Source: an uncultured Actinomycetes bacterium (GTDB lineage: Bacteria; Actinomycetota; UBA4738; JBBDTT01). From it: a stretch of DNA of 64,000 nucleotides. The notes under the pieces are model-generated. The model had not been told where the DNA came from. It saw nothing but the letters and a program-made list of their open reading frames with translations, and did not search any database. Of the stretch, positions 40,380-51,880 are shown piece by piece. Positions within the stretch are counted from its first letter, which is position 1. Each line of letters starts with the position of its first letter. The stretch is from contig CAVUMN010000003.1 in assembly GCA_963742735.1 (NCBI GenBank), positions 384,001 to 448,000 on the forward strand. The letters run 5' to 3'. Made by a program: the position numbers and the translations under genes.

Positions 40380-41566
40380 CAGAGGCAGGGGCCGGTGTCG
40401 ACCTCGTTGACGTTGCCGCTGGCCTCGTTCACGCGTTCGAGGATGTCGATGGACAGCAGTGCGTAGCCGATGTTGTCGTCGGTTGTGGACGCCGCGAACA
40501 CCACCCCGGCCACCTCGCCGCTCACCAGGACGAACGGGCCTCCCGAGTTCCCGGGGCGGATCCGGGCCTGGAGCTCGTACACCCGCCGGTCGACCTTGCC
40601 CTTCCCGTAGATGTTGCGCGTCTCGGTGTTCCGTACGAGTCGCACCGCCGCGGCGCCCCTGGTCAGCGGCCCGTTCTCCGGGTAGCCGAGGACGGCGCCC
40701 TTGTCGCCACGGTCGACCTCGCGATCCAGCAGCTCCAGGACCGGCCCCGGGTTTTCCTGGACACGGAGGATCGCCACGTCCAGCCCGGCGTCGAACAACA
40801 CCGTGGTCGCCGTGACCTGGCCCTCGACGCCCTGCTCCTGGATGTACGGGTCGTCCACGCCCGCGACCACGTGGGCGTTGGTCACGATCAGCCCGTCGCC
40901 CGCGACGAACCCCGAGCCTTCCTGGATCGCGCCGCAGGCCTCGCCCAGGACCTTGACGGTGCTCCTCTCGGCGCCCTCGGCCGCGCGGGCCACCTCGCCC
41001 TGGGTCGGCCCCTTGACGGGGCCGGCCGGCGCCGGGGGGAGGCCGCTGAACACCTGCGGGAACCCGAACGTGTTCAGGAAGCTCCGGATCTGGGTGAGCA
41101 ACGAGGGCGGCGGCGGCATCAACCGGTCGAGACCTCGGACGACGACCGAGCCCTGGATCTCTCGAGAGACCGCCGGGATGGGGCCGCTGGCGAGGTTCAG
41201 CGCGATCAGCCAGGTCGCCAGGAGCACCGCGACCACCGCAACGAACGACCCGGCGGCCGAGTCGACCTTCGACAGCCGGCTGGCGCGCGCCGCGGCCCAC
41301 ACCTTCCGGCCCACGACGAAGCCGGCCGCGTCGCCGATCCCCGCGATGGCCAGGAACGTCCCGAGGGCCAGGGCCGCCTGCATCGTCTGGCTCTCCGCCA
41401 GGCCCGCGACCTTCGGCGCCAGGAGGGCGCCGAGCAGCAGGCCGGCGATGAGGCCGGTGTACGTGACCAGCTGCAGGGCCGCCCCGCGGCGGAAGCCCCC
41501 GAGGACCGCGAGCACCACGAGGCCGACGATCAGGAGGTCGACGAGGTTGAGCCCCAGGAAGGCCAT
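40379..41566 (-). CDS. MarP-family membrane serine protease (CvpA TM domain + trypsin-like domain)
   Basis: GFRRG N-terminal TM region; GSGFV, TNAHVV, DVAIL, GNSGGP. Confidence 0.9.
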   Translation of the reverse strand: MAFLGLNLVDLLIVGLVVLAVLGGFRRGAALQLVTYTGLIAGLLLGALLAPKVAGLAESQTMQAALALGTFLAIAGIGDAAGFVVGRKVWAAARASRLSKVDSAAGSFVAVVAVLLATWLIALNLASGPIPAVSREIQGSVVVRGLDRLMPPPPSLLTQIRSFLNTFGFPQVFSGLPPAPAGPVKGPTQGEVARAAEGAERSTVKVLGEACGAIQEGSGFVAGDGLIVTNAHVVAGVDDPYIQEQGVEGQVTATTVLFDAGLDVAILRVQENPGPVLELLDREVDRGDKGAVLGYPENGPLTRGAAAVRLVRNTETRNIYGKGKVDRRVYELQARIRPGNSGGPFVLVSGEVAGVVFAASTTDDNIGYALLSIDILERVNEASGNVNEVDTGPCL

Positions 41567-41607
41567 GAGCGGGTATCGTGCCACGCCCCGCGGGTACACT
41601 GGAGTGC

Positions 41608-42407
41608 GTGACGACGATCGCGCACATCTCGGACCCCCACGTCGGATCCCCGTACTTCGTGCCCAACCTGATGAACCGGGTGATCGTCGAGATCAACGAG
41701 CTCGAGCCCGACGCCGTCATCTGCACCGGCGACTTCACGACGTTCGGCTATCGCCAGGAGTTCAAGAACTGCGGCGGCGTACGTCGAGCGGATCAAGGCG
41801 CCGGTGTGGTCGGTCCCGGGCAACCACGACGCCCGCAACGTGGGCTACGTGCACTTCGAGGAGCTGATCGGTCCCCGCCACTGGGCCCAGGACGTGGGGA
41901 ACGTGCGGATCGTCGGCGCCGACACCAGCGAGCCGGACCTCGACGAGGGCCAGATCGGGCGCGAGCGGTACCCCTGGCTCGAGGAGCAGTTCGCGGTCCC
42001 CGCCGAGCTCAAGATGCTCGTGATCCATCACCACCTGATCTCGCTCCCCGGCACCGGACGCGAGCGCAACATCGTCGATGACGCCGGCGACCTGCTGGAG
42101 CTGCTCATCACGAACGGCGTGCAGCTCGTCCTGACCGGGCACAAGCACGTCCCGTACGTGTGGCGGCTCGAGGACATGTACATCGCGAACGCCGGGACCT
42201 GTTCCTCGCTGCGGCTGCGCGGACATACCCGGCCCTGCTACAACGTGATGGAGTTCGACGGCGACGAGGTGAAGATCTTGCGGCGGTACCCGTTCGGCGC
42301 GCAGACCCTCGTCGCGCACTGGTCGCTCTCGACCGGCCGAGCAGCACTACCGCGAGCTCGACACGCTGATGCGTCGAGGCACGGAGGCTCCGATCCGCGC
42401 GGACTGA
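41608..42407 (+). CDS. Calcineurin-like metallophosphoesterase (CpdA/Icc-type), frameshifts near 41770 and 42340
   Basis: All five motifs: HISDPH, TGD, PGNHD, HHH, GHKH; TACACT 7 nt before GTG. Confidence 0.88.
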
Positions 42408-42440
42408 GCCTCACCGGAACGACAGGAAGGGCCCATCTCC

Positions 42441-43786
42441 GTGACCAAGCGTCATCGTGCTCGTCGACGGTGAGCACTACCCACCCGTGACCCGCTGGGG
42501 GATCGAGACGGCCCGTGACCGCGGGCTCGAGCCCGTCGCGGTCCTGCTCGTCGGCGGCCGGGAGAAGCTGCCCGCCGACGGCTCGCTCGACCTGGGGGAC
42601 GTCGCGGTCGAGTCGACGGAGGCGCCGCTGACCGCCCTGCCCGAGGCGATCGACCGGCTGCGCCCCGACGCGGTGCTCGACCTCTCGGACGAGCCGGTGC
42701 TCGGGTACCGCGAGCGGATGGAGCTCGCGTCGATCGCCCTCGCCCGGGGATGTCCCTACCTCGGGGCGGACTTCCGGCTGGACCCGCCCCCGCTCGATCC
42801 GCCCCCGCCGATGCCCACGCTCGCGGTGATCGGGACCGGCAAGCGCACCGGCAAGACCGCGATCGGCGGACACCTGGCGCGACTCGCGAAGGCGGCGGGA
42901 CGTCGTCCCGTGGTGGTGGCCATGGGCCGCGGCGGCCCGCCCGAGCCCGAGGTCGCCGAGGGCTCGCTCGACCTGGAGCGGCTCCGCGAGCTGTCGCGCG
43001 AGGGGCGGCACGCGTCGAGCGACTACCTGGAGGACGCCCTCACGGCCGGGGTGACCACGGTCGGGGCCCGCCGGTGCGCGGGCGGGCTGGCCGGGGCTCC
43101 CTTCGCCTCGAACGTTCCCGAGGCCGTCCGCGAGGCCGAGCGGCTGGGCGCCGGACCCGCTGGTGCTCGAGGGCAGCGGCGCCGCCATCCCGCCGGTGGC
43201 GTGGGACGCCGGGGTTCTGGTCGCCCCCGCGTCGCTGGACCCCGAGTATCTGGGGGATACCTGGGCCCGTACCGACTGTTGCGATCGGACCTGTTGGTCA
43301 TTACAATGGTGTCCGGCCCGGGTTCCGGGCCGGCAAGCCTTTCCGCCCTCGTATCCCACGTCCACCGGGTCCGTTCGGATGCCCGGATCGCCATCAGCGA
43401 CTTCGTACCGACGCCGCTCGGCGACGTGGAGGGAAGTCGAGTGTTCTTCTCAACCACCGCATCCCAGCACGGCGCCGATGCGCAGATCCGTTCCCTGGTG
43501 TCGCGCCACGGCGTGACCGTGGTCGGGTGCAGCCGGACGACTCGCCGATCGGGCGGGACTGGCCGAGGACATCCGCAGCGCGCCGGAGTACGACGTCCTG
43601 CTCACCGAGCTGAAGGCCGCCTCCGTCGACGTGGCCGCGGAACTCGCGGCGGAGCGGGGCGCGGAGGTGGTGTTCGTGGACAACCGGCCCGTGACGGTGC
43701 CGGGGCCCGGCGACGGCGAGGTCGACGATCTGCTGATGCGAGACGCGTTCGCCTGGCGGACGAGCGGGCGAAGGAGCGCAGCGTGA
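42441..43786 (+). CDS. cpgS: Cyclic 2,3-diphosphoglycerate synthetase (several frameshifts)
   Basis: LVDGEHYPPV, DLSDEPV, GTGKRTGKT, AMGRGGP, HASSDYLEDA, RRCAGGLAG, LEGSGAAIPP, LLTELKAASVDV, FVDNRP match my recall of cDPGS signatures. Confidence 0.87.
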
Positions 43787-44772
43787 CGGTCAAGACGAAG
43801 AAGCGCCCCACGCACATCGTGATCGCCGATCGCGAGCACGGGCTGCCGTACTCGAAGGGGCTGATGGCCTCGCAGCTCATGGTGACCGGGCTGTCGCCGT
43901 ACCGCTCCTACCAGGTGGCGGAGCGCGTGGAGGAGCGCCTGCTCGAGCGCGGCAAGGCGCGCGGTCACCAGCGCCGAGCTCCAGGCCCTCACCGTCCGGG
44001 TCCTCGAGGAGGTGGCGGGGGACCGCTACGCCAAGAACTTCGTGCGCTGGCAGGAGGTCGCCGCGCTCGACGTGCCGCTCGTGATCCTGATCGGCGGCGC
44101 GACCGGGGTCGGGAAGTCGACCATCGCCACCCAGCTCGCCGCCCGGCTCGGCATCGTCCGCGTCGTGGCCACCGATGCGATCCGCGAGGTGATGCGCTCG
44201 ATGTTCAGCTCGGAGCTGATGCCCACGCTGTACACGTCGTCGTTCGACGCCGGACTCGGCGCTGCGGGAGCCGCCGCCGAAGCCCGCCGACCCCGTCATC
44301 GTCGGGTTCCGCGAGCAGACCACGGCGGTCGCCGTCGGCATCCACGCGCTGATCGAGCGGGCCGCTACCGAGGGCACCAGCCTCATCGTGGAGGGCGCCC
44401 ATCTGGTTCCCGGCTTCGTGGACGTCGCGCCGTGGCAGGAGCGGGTGCTCGCCGTCGAGCTCGTGGTTACCGTCGAGGACGAGGACGTGCACCGCGGCCA
44501 CTTCGCGGCGCGGGCCGCGGACGCGGCCTCGCGCCCGTTCGACCGCTACATGAAGGGCTTCCGCAACATCCGCAGGGTGCAGAAGTACATCAAGAGCCAG
44601 GCGCTCTCCCACGGCGTGCCGGTCGTCCCCAACTACAACTTGGACCAGGCGATCGCCGCGGTCGTCGACCTGGTCATGGAACGCGCCACCGAGCGGGTCG
44701 GCCGAGCGAAAGGCACGGACGACTCGCCGACGGCCGACGAGCCGGAGCGCGATAGGGGGAGGGACCCGATGA
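43783..44772 (+). CDS. pgk2: 2-phosphoglycerate kinase (ATP-cone + P-loop; frameshifts; 3' end uncertain)
   Basis: ATP-cone-like PYSKGLMA; LIGGATGVGKST, TDAIREVMR, PTLYTSSF, IVEGAHLVPG, RY..F.NIR.VQ.YI. Confidence 0.85.
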
Positions 44773-45438
44773 GGCTGTTCCTGGACACCGCCAACATCGA
44801 CGAGATCCGCGAGATCAACCGATGGGGCGTCCTGCCGGGCGTGACCACGAACCCGTCGCTCCTGGCACGGGAGATGGGCGACGTCGAGAAAGCGTGGCGT
44901 CTGATCCTCGAGGAGGTCTGCCAGGGCGACGTCTCCCTCGAGACGACCGAGCCCGAGGCCGAGGCGATGTACGAGCAGGGCAAGCACCTGGCCTCGCTGG
45001 GCGCCGAACGCCGTCGTGAAGGTCCCGATGACCCCCGACGGCCTCACGGCCGGCAAGCGGCTCACCGAGCGACGGGCATCCGGATCAACGTGACCCTGGT
45101 GTTCTCCCCGGCGCAGGCGATCCTGGCCGCCGAGATCGGCGCCTACATCGTCTCGCCGTTCCTCGGGCGGCATCGACGACGGCGCCGCGGACGGGATGCA
45201 CGCGCTCAGGCAGATCTGCGACATCTATGATGTGCAGGGCTACGAGACCAACGTCCTGGCCGCCTCCCTGCGCCACCCCATGCACGTCGTGGAGTCCGCG
45301 CTGGCGGGCGCCGACATCGCGACGATGCCGTACGACGTCTTCACCAAGCTGGTGAAGCATCCACTCACCGACAAGGGACTCGCGCAGTTCGAGGCGGACT
45401 GGGAGAAGCTCCAGAAAGACCTGAAGGAAGGAGCCTAG
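44769..45438 (+). CDS. tal: Transaldolase / fructose-6-phosphate aldolase family (TalC type; frameshifts)
   Basis: [54 protein letters not shown]. Confidence 0.9.
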
Positions 45439-45439
45439 T

Positions 45440-47095
<1,656 letters not shown>

Positions 47096-47106
<11 letters not shown>

Positions 47107-47587
47107 GCTCGTCCAGCCAGCCGCGCACCTGCCCGTGGTGCCGGCTCCAGGCTCGCCACACGCCCTCGGCCCATCGCTCGACCAGCTCGACGTGTCGCTC
47201 GGCCGTCCGGGCCGCCCGCACGTCGAGGACGGTCAGGTCGCCGTTCGGCTCCGGGATCTCGAACCGCGGGTACTCGCGGTGCGCGAAGCGGCCGATCGTC
47301 CGGGTGGCCACGTGCGGGGGCACGCCGCCCTCGAGTTGGAGGCACAGGCTCATCAGGTGCACCGCGACCGACTGATTCTCACGGCGACCGGGCTCGCCGG
47401 GGTGCTGCACCGCGTAGGTGTCGACGCTGCGCTGGGCCAGCACGCCGTAGCCCGGCTCCTGCATCTCGCGGCCGCGGATCTCGCCGAACGCCTCCCAGCA
47501 CCCCCAGTTCGCCGTCATGTAGTCATGGGGGACGGCCGGGCCCGGGTCGGTGATCGCGCCGCATCCTGGGCACGGGCTAGGCTTCAT
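47096..47587 (-). CDS. DUF5946-like protein
   Basis: CPGCG, VDTYAVQHP, SVAVHL..L, VERWA..VW.AW..H. Confidence 0.7.
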
Positions 47588-47615
47588 GGCTCCAAGTCTG
47601 ACCGAGGAGGCGCGC

Positions 47616-47840
47616 GTGGCGGGGTGGGGTGACGACACGGTCTCGGCCGAGGTCCGTGAGCTGCTGTCCGAGGGCTGGGTGCCGGTCAAGGTCCACGAGG
47701 ATCGGGAGACCGCCGGCGGCCCGTACGACGTCGTGACCCTCGAGAAGGACGGCGAGTCCCGAGACTTCACCAGCGATCATCTGCACTTCCACCGCTTCGT
47801 CGAAGGCCTCATGGAGGACTTCGGCCTCTCGTACTCCTAG
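47616..47840 (+). CDS. Small acidic hypothetical protein
   Basis: GAGGAGG SD before GTG; high-GC3 codon pattern; 74 aa. Confidence 0.6.
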   Translation: MAGWGDDTVSAEVRELLSEGWVPVKVHEDRETAGGPYDVVTLEKDGESRDFTSDHLHFHRFVEGLMEDFGLSYS

Positions 47841-47843
47841 GCG

Positions 47844-48056
47844 ATGGGGGTCGCGATCTGGGCGGTGCTGTTCGCCCTGCTGCTGGGGTACCAGGGGTTC
47901 GCGCTGGTCCGCGACGACGACGACTGGCCGGCGTTCAGCGACGTGATGCGGACGGTGATGTCGAACCCGCTGGGCCGCTGGGTCCTGTTCGCGCTGTGGC
48001 TGTGGTTCGGCTGGCATCTGTTCGTGCGGGGTTGGAAGTTCTTCCTCCGGGGCTGA
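47844..48056 (+). CDS. Small membrane protein (DUF6186-like)
   Basis: Two TM helices; GR..LF..WLW.GWH.FVR motif. Confidence 0.65.
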   Translation: MGVAIWAVLFALLLGYQGFALVRDDDDWPAFSDVMRTVMSNPLGRWVLFALWLWFGWHLFVRGWKFFLRG

Positions 48057-48058
48057 GC

Positions 48059-48430
48059 GTGCTCGCCGAGGCCGATCCGCTCGACTGGGGCCGGGTCGTT
48101 CGCCAGGCCATCATCCCGGTGGCAAGCGCCTATGGGGTGTTCCTGGCGATCCTCCTGTCGTATCGGCGCGGAGGCGGGCGGGTGGTGGTGGCCGATCGGC
48201 CCGGGCCCGAGCCGACCCACCGAGACCTGCTCCGGTACTTGCTGCGAACCGCGGGAGGAGGGTTCGCCGTCTTCCTGGTCACCGTTGCGGTGTTCTACCT
48301 GCTGCTCGGCGGCCAGGAGCCGGACCTGCTTCGTGAGGCGCTGCTCGAGGGATCGCTGCTCGCGTTCGGGATCGTCATCCCCGGGTTCCTGCTGATCTCC
48401 TGGCTCCACGACCGTCGGAGCTCGAGGTGA
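48059..48430 (+). CDS. Membrane protein (DUF6256-like)
   Basis: Three hydrophobic segments, T.GGGF.VFL motif; tightly packed between neighbours. Confidence 0.55.
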   Translation: MLAEADPLDWGRVVRQAIIPVASAYGVFLAILLSYRRGGGRVVVADRPGPEPTHRDLLRYLLRTAGGGFAVFLVTVAVFYLLLGGQEPDLLREALLEGSLLAFGIVIPGFLLISWLHDRRSSR

Positions 48431-49269
48431 CCCACGGCTCGCGCCGCGTGGGCGAGATCGAGATCGTCGCCCTGTGCGACGGCGTCACGCAGTCCAGCAA
48501 CCTCATCGACGAGAGCTTCCCCGGGGTGGGGGACTGGGACCTCTATCGACGTTCGTTCCCCGGCTCGTTCACCGAGGACGGCACGCGATGGCGGTTCCAC
48601 GTCCACGCCTTCCTGGTCCGAACGCCCGCCTCGCTGATCCTGGTCGACACGGGGGTTGGGCCGCCCGGAACGCCCTGGCCCAAATGGGCCGGCGACGCAT
48701 GCGGCCGGCTGCCGGCCGAGCTGGCCGAGGCGGGCGTCGCGGCGGACGAGGTGGACACGGTCGTCCTCACGCACGTCCACGACGACCACCTCGGCGGGTT
48801 CATCCGCGCGGACGGGGCGATCGCCTTCGCGAAGGCCCGCCACCTGATGCGGCGCGCCGACTTCGACGTCCTGCACGAGGACCGCGAGGACGAGGTGTAC
48901 CTCGAGGCGGTCGTCCGTCCGCTGCAGGCGTCGGGGCAGCTCGAGTTCGTCGACGACGGGCACACGGTCGTGGACGGAGTGACGCTGCTGGCGACGCCCG
49001 GACATACCCCCGGTCACCAGAGCGTGTTGATCGCCTCGGGCGGCGAGACCGCCCTCGTCGCCGGTGACGTCCTGAACCATCCCGGCCAGGTGGCCGATCG
49101 GTTCCCGAGCGGGAGCGATCACGATCCGGACCGCGCGGCCGAGACCCGGGAACGGATCCTCTCGCGCGTCGAGCGGGAGGGGATCGTCCTCTCGACCGCG
49201 CATCTGACCGAGCCGTTCGGCCGCGTCGAGCTCGACGACCTCCGGCGGGTGTGGCGCCCGGTGGGCTAG
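48427..49269 (+). CDS. Metallo-beta-lactamase-fold hydrolase
   Basis: LVDTG, THVHDDHLGG, TPGHTPGH, AGD, terminal H. Confidence 0.9.
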   Translation: MTHGSRRVGEIEIVALCDGVTQSSNLIDESFPGVGDWDLYRRSFPGSFTEDGTRWRFHVHAFLVRTPASLILVDTGVGPPGTPWPKWAGDACGRLPAELAEAGVAADEVDTVVLTHVHDDHLGGFIRADGAIAFAKARHLMRRADFDVLHEDREDEVYLEAVVRPLQASGQLEFVDDGHTVVDGVTLLATPGHTPGHQSVLIASGGETALVAGDVLNHPGQVADRFPSGSDHDPDRAAETRERILSRVEREGIVLSTAHLTEPFGRVELDDLRRVWRPVG

Positions 49270-50051
49270 GCGGCCTCGACGGGGGAGACGCGGCGGGCGA
49301 CCAGGCCGTCGCGGATGACCAGGAAGTCGCCGGCGTCGAGCTTGGTCCAGGGTTCGTCGGTGAGCGGCACGCTCGCCACGATCACCGCGCGCTCGTCCGG
49401 CGCGTCCCCGAGCCGGAGCGACAGCCGATAGTCCTGGTCGGCCATCCCGATCTCGCCGAGCGTCTCCGCGCGGTGCTCGACGAAGTGCAGCGTCTTGTGG
49501 CCGTCGTGGTACGCGTAGAGCGTCCGCCCGTCGGAGAGCAGGAAGTTCACCTTGCTCTCGCGCTCGGAGAGCTCCCGGCCGGCGGCCAGAACCTCCTCGG
49601 CGATCGCGTCGTCCTCCGCCCCGGCGCCCAACCTGCCGAGCCGGGTCAGCAGGTGATGGAACGCCCGCTCGGAGTCCGTCTCGCCCTGGGGCCTGAACGA
49701 ACCCACGTCCAGCCGCTCGAGCTCCCGCACCGTTCCGTTGTGGGCGAACACCCACCGCCGCCCGAGAGCATCCCCGGTGAACGGGTGCGTGTTCTGCAAC
49801 GACAGCCGCCCGACCGTCGCCGCCCGGACGTGAACGATGAACAAGTCGGAGGAGGGGGGGTCGTTCTCGAGCCGTGCCGCAAGCTCGCTCTCGTCGGCTC
49901 GGTTCGGCTCCTTCAGCAGGTGGGGGACGCCGTCCTCCCACCACGCGAAGCCCCATCCCTCCCGGTTGCCCACCGCCCGGGGGCGGAACTCGTTGAAGTA
50001 CACACCGAGGCGCGCCGCGGGCGAGACCGAGACCCCGAGGAGCTCACACAT
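49266..50051 (-). CDS. Class II glutamine amidotransferase / Ntn hydrolase (YafJ/EgtC/Dug3-like)
   Basis: N-terminal MCELLG (Cys2), GWG, HVRAAT, NTHPF, FAHNG, GETDSE. Confidence 0.9.
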   Translation of the reverse strand: MCELLGVSVSPAARLGVYFNEFRPRAVGNREGWGFAWWEDGVPHLLKEPNRADESELAARLENDPPSSDLFIVHVRAATVGRLSLQNTHPFTGDALGRRWVFAHNGTVRELERLDVGSFRPQGETDSERAFHHLLTRLGRLGAGAEDDAIAEEVLAAGRELSERESKVNFLLSDGRTLYAYHDGHKTLHFVEHRAETLGEIGMADQDYRLSLRLGDAPDERAVIVASVPLTDEPWTKLDAGDFLVIRDGLVARRVSPVEAA

Positions 50052-51577
50052 CCGGCAGCGGGCGCTCGGCCACCGACTCGGCAGCCTCCTGGTCCAGGAT
50101 CGACACGGCGCGCTCGTAGATCTCCCGGGCGTCCTCGGGCGAGTCCCCGACTGCCGTGATGCCGACCGACCCGAGCTCGGACAGGGCGCTCATCATGTGG
50201 AACACCACGCCCGTCTGGCGCGACTGGTCGAAGTGCAGCCCGTGACGCACGACGATGTCGAACAGGTCGTCGGGGGTGAGCCCCCGGTACGCCGGGTTCT
50301 CCACGTGGTCGCTGGCGATGAAGAACTTGCGCTTGCCCGAGGGGGCGGTGAACGTCGCGGTCTCCGCGTCGTACGTGCCGTCGGTGAGGAACTGCAGCGT
50401 CAGGAACGGGTGCGTCGTCCCGCCCTTTCGCAGGTTGATCTCGATCGCGTAGGCCTCCCACTCGCCGGCGTCGTTGCGCACCGTGACGAAGTCCAGGGCG
50501 AACCGGCCGATCACGCCCTCCTTCGCCAGGCGCTTCCCGACCTTCGCCGCCTCCCGCGTGATCGCCGGTGCGTACTCCGTGTTCGCCGGGAAGATGCAGC
50601 CGAGATACGACTGACCGCTCGGCCCGCCCAGCATCTGGTCGTGCGTGGACAGCAGCTCGACGTCGCCGAGCGGGGTGGCCCGCAGCTGGACGCTCGGGCT
50701 CATGAAGTCCCGGCCCTGGATCCGCTCCTCGACCACGCCGCCTCGCTCGGCGAACTTGGCGACGTACGCGTCGTACGACGCGTCCTCGAGCTCGAAGGAC
50801 ATGGCCTCGACGGCCTTGAGGATCGCGTCGCGCTCGCCGTCGCCGCCCGGCTCGGGGACGCTCGAGAGGTCCACCAGGGCGTTGCCCTCGCCGGAGACCC
50901 CCTCGTTCAGCTTCACCATCACCTGGGCGAGGGTGGGCTTCCTCGCGCGCAGCGAGGCGATCGCATCCACGACGTCGTCGATGCTCGCGAGGTTCTCCAC
51001 GCCCACGGGGTGGGAGACGCCCTCCTCCTCGAACACCCGGCGGCAGCCGCTCTTGGTTCCCAGCGGGAAGTGGCGAGGGTCGGCCCCGTACATGGGGATG
51101 CCGAGACGCACGGCGACGTCGCGCTCGAGCTCGGTGGTGTTGTACGGGACCATGTGCGCGCGGGTCGGATCCGGGATCAGCGCGCGGATCTGCTCGAGCA
51201 GCGCCGGGCGCTCCAGGAGCTTGACCGACAACGGCTTGCTCGCGCTGTCCAACGCCGGCGACCGGGAACAGCCGCTGCCGCGCGTGGCTGGGGATGACCC
51301 CCGGGAGGAGGTCCAGGTAGTAGTCGATGACGCTCGGCAGGATCGGCTGCGAGGTCACGTAGATCAGCCGTGCCTTGGGCTGGCGGAGCAGCAGGAGCAG
51401 GAACAGGTAGCGCTCCTCGTAGGGCTGCATGACCAGGTTCGATCCCTCGACGACGTCGAGCGTGATGGAGGGGATCACCACGATCGTCTGGGGGTCCTGG
51501 TTCATCGACTGGATCGAGCGCCAGAGGGGAACCAGCCGCTCCTGAAGCTCTTCGAAGCGGGCCTGGACCGTCGACAT
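50044..51577 (-). CDS. PGM1-related ATP-grasp peptide ligase (frameshift near 51255-51270)
   Basis: [58 protein letters not shown]. Confidence 0.8.
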
Positions 51578-51667
51578 GGCGTCTCCTCGCATCGGGGGAG
51601 GGCCGATTGTAGCGAAGGGGCCGTCTGGTACCCTTCCCGGGAATACGCCGGCGTTGAAACGAGTGCC

Positions 51668-51871
51668 ATGAAAGACGGAATCCACCCCGAGTACGTGACC
51701 GCCACCGTGCATTGCTCGTGTGGCAACACGTTCATCACGCGCTCCACCAAACCGGAGCTGCGCGTCGAGATCTGCTCGAACTGTCACCCGTTCTACACGG
51801 GCAAGCAGAAGCTGGTCGACACGGGCGGCCGGGTCGAGCGCTTCCAGCGCCGCTACGCGAAGCGGGGCTAG
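51668..51871 (+). CDS. rpmE: 50S ribosomal protein L31 (Zn-binding C+ type)
   Basis: [33 protein letters not shown]. Confidence 0.97.
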   Translation: MKDGIHPEYVTATVHCSCGNTFITRSTKPELRVEICSNCHPFYTGKQKLVDTGGRVERFQRRYAKRG

Positions 51872-51880
51872 TCCCCGCCG

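Noticed and set aside
42457-44352. Single ORF suggesting a CpgS-2PGK fusion
   Set aside because: The ORF drifts in and out of the true frames through indels; a GTGA overlap at 43783-43786 explains two genes. Needs read confirmation.
44388-45230. ORF joining the 2-PGK C-terminus to transaldolase
   Set aside because: It lies in the indel-rich zone; tal has a GGGAGG SD and ATG at 44769, with nearby stops in other frames. Treated as an artefact but not excluded.
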